From contig MU008167.1 in assembly GCA_010909165.1 (NCBI GenBank), forward strand, positions 1,054,001-1,118,000: a DNA stretch of 64,000 nt. The letters run 5' to 3'. The translations under genes were made by a program, and so were the position numbers. Under the pieces are notes generated by a model, which saw nothing but the letters and a program-made list of their open reading frames with translations, had not been told where the DNA came from and did not search any database. This document shows, piece by piece, positions 46,942 through 57,512 of this stretch (the stretch's first letter is position 1; each line of letters begins with the position of its first letter). The stretch is from Anthoceros angustus (Eukaryota > Plantae > Anthocerotophyta).

Positions 46942-48830
46942 TCATAACGATCTGAATGTGTCTAGAGTGTCTGCATCTAACTGAAATACCTCACATCCGT
47001 CTACCATCCGCTGCAAGAGTGCAAACTTGCAAGTCTGCACACATGCAACCGGAAGTATGCACTCTGCCTCATTAAGGTCTAGTGTGTAAAGAGATCCGTC
47101 TGGCTCAAGCCCCTGGTAATACTGGCCTACTACTATTTCATCACCTGGAAGGAAAGTATAATTGCTCCAGGAATACATTCTAAGCACATCTGTTTTGTGA
47201 CAAGACTCGATGCACTTGACCAAGTAGAAGGTTGACCCTTCATCCCGAGTGTCAGGCACAACAAAGTTATCGCCTCCTCCAAAAGCTCAGCCATCTCGGT
47301 GACATCCTCTGGCTTCCTCAGGCTCGCCGCCATGTTCCGAAATCGACAAGGTTCCACCGCTGCGGGTTGCAATTCTCTGCCTGTCACCAATATCAGGCTT
47401 CAAGGTCACATTGCACCAAATTCCAGCCTGAGGCACTGTCTCACAACTGGCATGGTCACTGTCCATGCAAGCACCACAAAAGCACGCCAAGTGTCGCATT
47501 TTGAGCTGTGGATTCAAAGCATCTTGAGAATACCCATAAATGGAGTGCATGCTTTTGGAACTGCATCGAGCACACCCCACCTGCCTTCTTGGTTTACCTC
47601 GTTTCTCAACAAGCCAAAAATTCGCTTCACTTGCCGCCGCCATCGGTGTCGAAGATGCTGCCCGTTAGAGACGAACAGAAAATCCACCACATCGGCCTTG
47701 CAACCTCACGAGGCGGAGACAATTCTTGACTCGCGGTGCTCTCTTGATGGCTCTGCACCATCATGTTTTCCCTTCCCATGACCTGATCCAAAATAACTCC
47801 ACAACATGTTGCACCCGCCAGTTAGGCCAGGGTATCTGGCCACAAAGTAACTTGGCCTGCAAGGCTTGAACTGGGATGCAGCCCCATCACTCCACATCCA
47901 GTGCTCCCGTGGTCTAGTATACCCGCTTCTCAGCAACCATTCCCAGTGAACCATGAGACAATGTTGGACAAATAGTGTGTCATGCTGCATGTCATCGCTA
48001 ATGTAAAAATGATAGAACTTTTGAACATTGCAAAATGGGTCCTCCTCCACAATTGGACCAGTCCTCATGTAAGAAACGTGGACAAGAATGGTAACCTGAT
48101 CATTATGCCAATGCATGCTTTGGATCTCGTTCTGCACTTGGAAAGCATAGTTTTGTGAAAAATCAATGACTGACACAATGACATCCTCCGAAACCACTCC
48201 AAACACTTGCGGAACTCCAAAGCTTGCCATCTCCGAACGAAATCATGAGTGATGAAATGTTTCAACTTCCCTTTGAGAAACTCTACCATTTCAGATGGGT
48301 GAGTTTCCTTGTATATAAGCTTGATTCGGGACTTGGAAGTGCCGTCCTCATTTTGCCCGACGCTTTTGGTATTCAAAACGCCACTTCAATGTCGCGGCAA
48401 CAAGGTTGCATTAACCTCTTTAGGCGTAATCAAGCTTTTGAACTCCGCACAAGTTCTTCCCATTAAACACTTCCGCTTATGGAAGTCGCCGTCAGTGCTT
48501 TAGGGCACAATACACTATGCACCATTTCGTGACCGAGCCAAAGCAACTACGCCACATCGGGTCTTGTGAAGCGTTCTCACCTCCGCATATGCGACACAAG
48601 CATGCACCTTGGGTGAACCTTTGACCGAACATAGCTTGGTTGAGCGCATCCTTTAGAAATGCCATTTCAACGTGATACCTGCAGCAACATACATTGCGCT
48701 CCTGGAGGGATTTGATGTAGAAGGGTTTCAACCTCTCGAACGCACGCTGGGCTATCTTGATCTCAGGATGCTCCATCTTAAATCGGAGGAAGAACTCCGT
48801 CTGCATCAGCAACAACATCATCGCTCATTA
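46942..48830 (-). mobile_element. Sola2-like DDD DNA transposase, interrupted by single-base frameshifts
   Basis: QTEFF..FKMEHPEIKIAQRAFERLKPFY, CCCRYHVE, HFITHDFVRRWQ, VIDFSQNY..QNEIQSMHW, SDD..HD, WSDGAASQFK, YFGSGHGKGKHDGA and RHLACFCGAC. The superfamily is assigned from recalled motifs. Confidence 0.7.
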
Positions 48831-49002
48831 GTCTGTGGGAGAGCATATACAAGCAGGGCACATGCAGGTGCACCCCTGACACTTGAACTGTAGCCTGGAT
48901 CGGGGCATGTGGTCTAGGCAGCCACAAAGTCTGCCATTCCACCGCACGAAGTGACAAACTTTACAAGCAAAGTGTAATCAAGCACAGAGCCCGCGACAAC
49001 AC

Positions 49003-52000
49003 GAGCACGACATACATAGCCTGAGGCACAAGGTGGCGGGAGTCCGCTCACCCCAGGTGACATCTGAGTCAAAAATCTGCACAAGGCATCTAGGCAGTAT
49101 CACTCGTTGTAACAACTTGGGTTTAGTAACTCCAACACTCATCCACATCTTGTGTCAGGTCAATGGACAATCGCCATCGCATGTTACGTAGATCAACCGA
49201 GGTATGCATTCACACGAGGAGGATCATGGAAGCCAAAGGCCGTAAAGTTCGATAGGTGATTTCGTATCTTCAACATCGCCCTTCCGCACTTTGGACGTAA
49301 ACACGGACGGTTAATTTTGAGAGTGGTGAACGCTGAGCAAGGGGTCATCGAGTTGAAGGGCAAGATGGGCGCCGATGCAAGGAGCACACATCCGCCCTCG
49401 CCACTTGCCGAATCTTGATACGCGCATACAACCACAAGCATGGAAGCCACTGCTGATGCCGTGCGAACACGTGGTCAAATCAACGACCAGGCGATGTTGT
49501 TGTGTGACCGGTGCAACCAAGGACATCATGTCTTTTGTCTTCGACCGCTGAAAGCGATCCGGAAGGAGAATGGTTTTATCACAAATGCACGACGGAAAAG
49601 TTAGGGCGGAAAGAAGCTGGGGGCTGTAAAGCAGCGCACTCACGGTGTGGGCGTGCGGGAAGAGCGTCACTAAGAAGGGAAGGTCTATAAAACCCGTTAC
49701 TTGCCTTATCGATATCACGGGTTGTGTGAGGCGTCTGTGAGGTTGGCGGCGCAAGAAGTAAAGGTGTGGACGGAGGATTGGCGGGCACGAAGGAGGATTC
49801 TACAATTTGGAGGATTCAGATCTATTGGAGAAGGCGACAATTCTGGAGAAATACGGTGTGAGTGCATCGATCTGCGGTGGCGGTGCGAGAAGGTGAGCAG
49901 GGGGTCATCCACGGTGCATGTGGGAGAAAGCTAATTGCGGTGACCGGTGTGGGTCGAGAAGCAAGGAAAGGCGGCTGATCCGGACATCAACGAGTTGTTG
50001 CGGTGAAGGAAGGCGATGAGGATGGAACATCGGTGGCGAGCAAGGGGTCATCGAGTTGTTAACTGCATGTAGTTGCGGTGTAGATAGGGATAAGGGCTCA
50101 AGTGTGAAAGTGAAAAGGCGGTGATCACAGAAGAATTGGAGGTGAAGAACAAGCGCGAAGGTGGTCATGGCATCAAGTATCTGGATGTGAGCACGAGCAG
50201 TAGAGGGTGCATGGTATGTTTGTTGTGTAGACGGCAAGTGCAGTGGCAGGACGACCCACAGGTAAGACCAAGTGACATTCAGTCGTTGCAATCAGGCCAG
50301 CTTGTGTTGACTAACAAGCAAGACACTCGCTTTGCAAGGCCGGTTGCAAACATAGGTAGTCTTCCAGGAATCAACCAGTTCATATGGTTGTTTGACCAAC
50401 ACTAACAACACCCGTTTTCCAAATTCTGAGAGCATCAAAGAGGGGTTCCCATTGGGGACAACACAGGTGGTTGACATGGATATGGAAGCAGACCACACTT
50501 GCAAATCATGCTTCCGGAGAATGAGCACAAGTGTTCCACAATTTCCAGACAGGCCATGGGAAGACAAATGGAAAACACCTTTGGTAAGGAAGTATCACCG
50601 GTAAACCCGAGCGACCGAGACATTTACGGGTTGCAAGCATTTTCTTTGTATATGGAATCACACCATGAGGGCTGCAACATAGAGTTTTCCTTATGATCAT
50701 AGAGATCTTTTGAGTGGCGGAAGGGGCATGAGCAGGCAAAGCTCGTGTGGACCCGATTCGTGAAGGGGCCTTTCAGCGGAACATCACTGTTCATGCATCG
50801 GTGTTTGATCAACGCCTTGAAGGGTTCTTAATGTCGAGCACAACATACATCATAGCTTGAGGCACAAGGTGGCGGGAGTCCGCTCACCCCAGGTGACATC
50901 TGAGTCAAAAATCTGCACAAGGCATCTAGACAGGTATCACTCGTTGTAACAACTTGGCCCGGTTTCGTAACTCTAAGCAACACTCATCCACATCTTGTGT
51001 CCAGTCAATGGACAATCTGGCCATCGCACAGCACAGAGATCAACTGAGGTATGCATTCACACGAGGAGGATCATGGAAGCCAAAGGCCAGAAAGTTCGAA
51101 GTAGGTGATTTCGTGTATCTTCAGCATCGTCCTTCTGGCACTTTGGACGTAAACACGGGACGGTTAATTTTGAGAGTGGTGAACGTTGGTGAGCAAGGGG
51201 TCATCGAGTTGGAAGGGCAAGATGGGCGCAAGGAGCACATGCGACATCCGCCCTCGCCACTTGCCGAATCTTGATACGCGCCAACCACAAGCATGGAAGC
51301 CACCGCTGATCTCGTGCGGCAACACCGTGGTCAAATCACGACCAATCGATGTTGTTGTGTGACTGCAACCAAGGACATCATGTCTTTTGTCTTCGACCGC
51401 TGAAAGCGATCCTAAGGAGAATGGTTTTGTCACAAATGCACGACGGAAAAGTTAGGGCGAAAGAAGCTGGGGGCTGTAAACGCGACTCACGGTGTGGGCG
51501 TGCGGGAAGAGAGTCACTAAAGGGAAGGTCTATAAAACCCACATTTGCCTTATCGGTTGTGTGAGACGACAATGGGTTGTGAGCAAGGGAAGTAAAGGTG
51601 GACGGAGGATTGGCGGGCACGAAGGAGGATTCTAATAGACTGGAGGATTCAGATCTATTGGAGAAGGCCCGACAATTTGCCGGAGAAATACAGTGTGAGT
51701 GCATCGATCCGCAGGAGAAAGGTGAACGGGGTCACACAAGGCATGTGGGAGAGAAAGCTAATTGCGGTGACTGCGGGTGCGAGAAGCAAGGAAGGCGGCT
51801 CGATCCGGACATCAACGAGTTGTTGCGGTGAAGGAAAGGCGATGACGATGGAACATCGTAGCAAGCACACGATCGAGCGATAATCGAATTGTTAACAAAG
51901 TGCATGTAGTTGCAGTGTAGATAGGGATAAGGAGCTCAAGTGACAAAAGTGAGAAGGCGGTGATCACGTAAGAATTGGGGTGAAGAACAAGCGAAGGTGG

Positions 52001-52647
52001 TCATGGCATCAAGTGTCCGGATGTGAGCACGAGAGGGTGCATGGTATGTTATGTAGACGGCAAGAATAAAGGTGACGACCCATGTAAGACCAAGTGACAT
52101 TCACTGGTAATCGTGCCACTTGTGTTGACTAACAAGCAAGACACTCGCTTTGCAAGGCCAGTTGCAAACCTAGGTAGTCTTCCAGAAATCAACCAGTTCA
52201 TATGGCTGTTTGACTAACACTAACAACACCCGTTTTCCAAATTCTGAGAGCATCAAAGAGGGGTTCCCATTGGGGACAACACAGGTGGTTGACATGGATA
52301 TGGAAGCAGACCACACTTGCAAATCATGCTTCCGGAGAATGAGCACAAGTGTTCCACAATTTCGCATGTGCCATGGGAAGACAAATGGAAAACACCTGGT
52401 AAGGAAGTATCACCGGTAAACCCGAACGACCCGAGACATTTCGAGTTGCAAGCATTTTTGCTGTATATGGAATCACACCATGAGGGCTGCAACATAGAGT
52501 TTTCCTTATGATCATAGAGATCTTTTGAGTCGGCAGAAGGCAGCAAAGCTTCGTGTGGACCGCCATCGTGAAGGGGCCTTTCAAAAATCGGAACATCACC
52601 GCTCATGCATCGTGTTTGATCACCGCCCATCAAGGGTTCTTAATGCT
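49003..52647 (+). mobile_element. Tandem-duplicated ~1.83 kb unit encoding a Ty3/gypsy-type integrase C-terminal tail plus PHD finger, without integrase core
   Basis: MDNLAIAQHRDQLRYAFTRGGSWKPKARKFEVGDFVYL...ILRVVNVG.QGVIELEGQDG, then CHLPNLD and MLLCDRCNQGHHVFCL.P.LKAIPEGEWFCHKC, reconstructed from copies at 49163-49588 and 51008-51439. Confidence 0.75.
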
Positions 52648-53187
52648 GCACAAGGAAAACCAGCTGACCTACGAAGTCTGAAAGTTTGGCTAAGTCACTT
52701 GCACAGAGAAAAGGCAGGGCGTTTCGCCATCGGATACCCACGAGCTTTCTACAGGGTGTTTGCTTGCTTACACACAGGAGTGTTGGAATGGGATGAAGCC
52801 ACTCTGGAATCTTGGTATCTTCTGAACGACAATGTGGGTGATTATCTGAGGGCACAGTGTATCGAAAAACAGTATTATGTAAATGGTTTGAATGGGTAGC
52901 AACTGCCTAGGGTGAAGACTGAACTAGATAGCGATGAAGAAGAAGAGCTCATGGCGCGGCATCGAGCGAAAGAGCAACGCAGTTGGGCAAAGCACAAGTT
53001 GATGAGTATTTCGATCCGGAAGAGCGGCGTGTGGGCTGCGTTATTAGCCAGGAGAATGGATCACGATAAACCGTCGGAACCACAACTAAGGGATGGCATG
53101 TTCCAAGGTTTTACGATTCTCTGACATTTGAGAGTGCCAAAGTGGTGCTTTCACAACATGACGCGCCATCTGAGCCCAACTTTGGCG

Positions 53188-53860
53188 GGGGCCATTTGTA
53201 AACGCAGTGAGGCGGAGGTGGTGATGGCGCATGTGGCCCAAGGTTACGAGTTGATAGCAAGTAGTTGAAAGACTTTTTTTGTGGATTTTGATAGGATGGC
53301 TGCCATGTCCGCTATCTTGGCGTGGCGCCAGTCATAATGTGATGGTAGAAAGAGGTAGATAAGAATCAGGTGTGATGGTGTGTGTGTGCTATGTGTGTGG
53401 TGGCATGATGAGTGGCATGGTATGGAAATAGGATGGTGTCGTGGTTATGTGGACCATACAAGCGAGTCTGGTCAAGCGCAATTAAGGCTCGTGGCGAAGA
53501 TCTCCGACATGTGCGGGTGTGATCACGGCTTGAATTCGGGCGATAATTAAGATCGGCGGTGTAGGCTACAAAGTCCAGCAATCCGTCATTGAGGGCGGAT
53601 TGTTGATGTCTGATTCAAGAGAACAGCCAGACAGATCCCAAGCACTTTTTCATGTACCTTGTGATGCTTCAGCTGTGGTGTGTGCATAGGATAACCATCC
53701 CAAGCCAGTAAATTTTGCCATTTGCAAACGCAGTGAGACGGAGGTGGTGATGACGCATGTGGCCCAAGGTTACGAGTTGATAGCAAGTAGTTGAAAGACT
53801 TTCTGTTTTGTGGATTTTGATAGGATGGCATGCTGCCATGTCCGCTATGCGGCCGTGGCG
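53188..53860. repeat. ~140-bp direct repeat pair (53188 and 53716) flanking a TG-rich spacer
   Basis: GCCATTTG(T/C)AAACGCAGTGAG.CGGAGGTGGTGATG.CGCATGTGGCCCAAGGTTACGAG...GCCATGTCCGCTAT twice. Confidence 0.8.
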
Positions 53861-53865
53861 CGACA

Positions 53866-54216
53866 TGGCTCCGCCTTCTGGAAGGAATTCCACTCTAGGT
53901 CCCCCGTTCTCCTCAAATATAATCCCGAACTTCTTTCCTTTGTTGATGGAATTTACCATATCCCCTCTGCTATCCCCTCTCCTAAGTCCTTTGATCTTGG
54001 TCTAAGGATTTTTTTGCCAGATCTCATGGCCAAAGCCACAAAGAAGCTTCGGAGCGAGACTGCTATGGATCCTGCTTGCATCCCTAGAGACCTGTTTCAT
54101 TATGCTGACCATGTCTCACTCTCGTCTCACCTTGCTTCCCTTTTCAATGATGCTCTCTCCCATGGATTTCCGGATAGCTGGTGTGAGAATGATATTCATT
54201 TAATTTTGAAGGCTGG
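53866..54216 (+). mobile_element. LINE ORF2 fragment immediately upstream of the RT domain (duplicated at ~55100-55400)
   Basis: FWKEF...HLASLFNDALSHGFPDSWCENDIHLILKAG matches the L..LFN...GFP..W....I..I.K.G pre-RT block. Confidence 0.8.
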
Positions 54217-56590
54217 TGTGACGCGGAAGCGAAGTAATGCATAAAGAAAAATACATTACAATAAAGAGCAAAGGAGATGCCTTAAATATAAAAATGTGTA
54301 TGTGTCCTTTGGGTTTAATATATTGTTCCAATGCACGATGACTTTCGCTACCGCTCTCACCCGTCAGTCCAATAGGTTCGACATCAGCCATCCGTTTGAG
54401 AACCGCTGCATCCCCGGCTTCAAGGGCGCCGCCTTGGCTGCCTCCACCCTCCCTTTTACCTTAAGGGGCTCCGGAACTACGCCCCCAATCTCTTCCACTG
54501 GCCGATTGTAGACCGCTCGCGGGACAGTCCATCTCCTTAGGTCCTCCTCAAGCTCTTGGGCGGGCCGATTTTGTTGGCCGTCGCCAGCATCTTCGGCATA
54601 GTCCCGGACCGTCGCTATCAAATGTCCACACCGGAAGATGTTCAGTGCGATCTGCGCTCCTCCACCTCCTCCGGCCAAGGCTCAATGGTGGCCTTTGGTG
54701 ACAATGTTCTTTTCCACTAGGCGCCAGGGCTCCCAGACCTCCGCCGCCTTCTTGGGTCCCATACTCGCCGCCGGTGGCGTCTTTGTGGTGGTGGGCAGCA
54801 ATGCTCTCCGCTTGCCCGCCGCGATGAACGCTATGTTCGGGGGAGATGGCCGCTCGTAGTGGCGCTTGAGCGTCGGAAAAGGTAGCGCCCGAGCGGTGCA
54901 CAGGCGGTGGCTGCAGCCGAGAAGTCGCCGAGAGAATGGCCTTCTCGCCGAATGTCGGAAGTCAAGGCGGAGGAGGACGTCCTTTCGCTGCCCATAACTG
55001 CCAGAGTCTTGCATCACTTACTCTAGCCTTATGCCGCCTGCGCATGTACAGGTCGTGGTTACACGCCTGCTGTGCCAACCTGCGGTCCTCGTCCAGCATG
55101 CCGTTCTCCTCAAATATAATCCGAACTTCTTTCCTTTGTTGATGGAATTTACCATATCCCCTCTGCTATCCCCTCTCCTAAGTCCTTTGATCTTGGTCTA
55201 AGGATTTTTTTGCCAGATCTCATGGCCAAAGCCACAAAGAAGCTTCGGAGCGAGACTGCTATGGATCCTGCTTGCATCCCTAGAGACCTGTTTCATTATG
55301 CTGACCATGTCTCACTCTCGTCTCACCTTGCTTCCCTTTTCAATGATGCTCTCTCCCATGGATTTCCGGATAGGTGTGAGAATGATATTCATTTAATTTG
55401 AAGGTTTGGTGTGTGTGAGCCAGTAATGCATAAAGAAAAATACATTACAATAAGAGCAAAGGAGATGCCTTAAATATAAAAATGTGTATGTGTCCTTTGG
55501 GTTTAATATATTGTTCAATGCACGATGACTTTCGCTACCGCTCTCACCGTCGATCAATAGGTTCGACATCACCATCCGTTTGAGAACAGCTGCATCCCGG
55601 CTTCAAGGCTTGGCTGCCTCCACCCTCCTTTTACCTTAAGGGCTCGGAACTCGCCCAATCTCTTCCAGCGATTGTAGACCGCTCGCAGGACCTGCACGGT
55701 CCATCTCCTTGGGTCCTCCCTCAAGCTCTTGGAGCGGACGATTTTGTTGGCCGTCGCCAGCATCTTTCGGGCATAGTCCCGGACCAGCGTTACGCTATCA
55801 AATGTCCACACCGCCTGGAAGATGTTCAGGTGCCAGTCCTGCACCAGCTCCTCCACCTCCTCCAGCCAAGGCTCGAAATCTGGGTAGCGCCTGGTGACAA
55901 TGTTCTTTTCCACTAGGCGCCAGGGCTCCCAGACCTCCGCCGCCTTCTTGGGTCCCATACTCGCCGCCGGTGGCGTCTTTGATGGTGGTGGGCAACAATG
56001 CTCTTCGCTGCACCGCGATGAGCGCTATGTTCGGGAGATGGCCGTAGTGGCGTCAGAAAAGGTAGCGCCCGAGGCGGTGCAGAGCGGTGGCTGGCCTTCT
56101 CGCCGAGAATGGCCGGCGTCGAGAATGTCGGAAGTCAAGCGGCGGAGGGCGTCCTTTCGCTGCCCATAAGCGCAGTCTTGCATCACTCTAGCCTTATGCC
56201 GCCGCTGCTCTGCGCATGTACAGGTCGTGGTTACACGCCCTGCTGTGCACAACCTGCGGTCGTCCATTGCATGCCGTTCTCCTCTCTGCGCCCACGTGGC
56301 CCCCTTGCCAAACACGCTCCACCCCTTTCCCGAAGTTACTTGTCCCAGCGGACTTATCGCGGCCTACTCCGGAGTCCAGTCCGGACTCCCCCCAGCTTAC
56401 TCCGGAGTTTAGTCTGGCGCGGCTCACGCCAGGGTTTCCCGCTACTCGTCCTTATGCCTTTCAATCGTCCATTCCTCTTTCACCCGTTCCTGACCTTATT
56501 TCCCCCTTTTTCGCCTTATTTTCCACTCCACACTAACAAAAAAACAAAAACAAGCTCATTATCTTCCTAAGGGGGGAGCCTCAGTCCACA
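54217..56590 (-). mobile_element. TGTGG...TCACA element copy C with an internally deleted MGPKK ORF; contains a ~1.2 kb tandem duplication
   Basis: Starts TGTGGAC at 56590. ORF at 55958 MGPKKAAEVWEPW..RYPDFEPWLEE..REDPRRWTV..NGW, stopping after VIVHWN. Ends CGCGTCACA at 54217. Confidence 0.7.
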
Positions 56591-57094
56591 GTTACCTAAG
56601 TTCCCCCATGTCTTTCAAGCTTTGCTCTTTAACTGGTCAATTTCGTGTCAGCTCCCATTAGCTCGGGGTTGAGACTAACCGCTGGCTAAAGCCAGCCCCT
56701 CCTCGGGAAGATCGTATTTGCAGGCTCTGTTCTTCTAATACGGAATGCGAAATGCACTTTCTCTTTTATTGCCCTGCTTTTAGATATCCGGGCCAAATAC
56801 TCTATCCTTTTTTAGTGTGCAGGTTTTTCCCTGCAGCACTTTTTTTCCTTTCTCCCAAGCTCTCTGCTCTATGTCTTTCTGAGATGCTTCATCACAGGCT
56901 GTCCTTGCTTGGCCCCCTGTAACTTTCTTGTCAATCCTCCGCCTTTTATTTTCCCTGTTCCTGCTTCTCTAGTTCAGGTGTACGTATATGTACATCCTCC
57001 TTCATCCAATTTATGGCTGTATAAGTTCTGTTCGATGGTGGTTTTTCCACCTTAGTGAACATAAATAAAGTTGTTGTTGTATAAGAATATCGTT

Positions 57095-57251
57095 ATTAAG
57101 CATCCTGCGCTTGGATCGGTACTTAAATGGGGTGCCTAAAGGGAATGGATGCCTTTATGCAAGTAGTTTAGGCACACCTTGTGCAAGTTGTTAAGTACCA
57201 AGTGCCATGACAGAAATCCGTCCTTAGTGGACTTAAATAAAATTCTTCTTC
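57095..57251 (+). repeat. Dispersed (TTC)n-tailed repeat, copy 3
   Basis: Nearly collinear with copy 1, including GAAATCCGTCCTTAGTGGACTTAAATAAAATTCTTCTT. Confidence 0.78.
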
Positions 57252-57512
57252 TATCTATGGTCACCTTATTCGGAAAGCAGCGCACAAGCCCACGGGTAGC
57301 TGGCTACCTATGTCTATGTGTATCCATGTGTGATAAAAAGGGAAGTTTCAGGTATATGTGATCCGTTTCCGGATTCAGGAGGACGCCAACCGGTAGACGG
57401 TAATAAATTCCCCAGGCCCCCAGCCTATCCTAGGGTTTGAGCTGGTAAGTCCTGGCTCCTGACTAGCGTGTGGTGTGAGCAACGAGAGGAAAGGTGAGAG
57501 TTGGAGGGAGGC

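Noticed and set aside
54212-56595. Copy C as a clean solo LTR
   Set aside because: The flanks (GCTGG vs GTTAC) show no target-site duplication, and no PBS or PPT could be placed.
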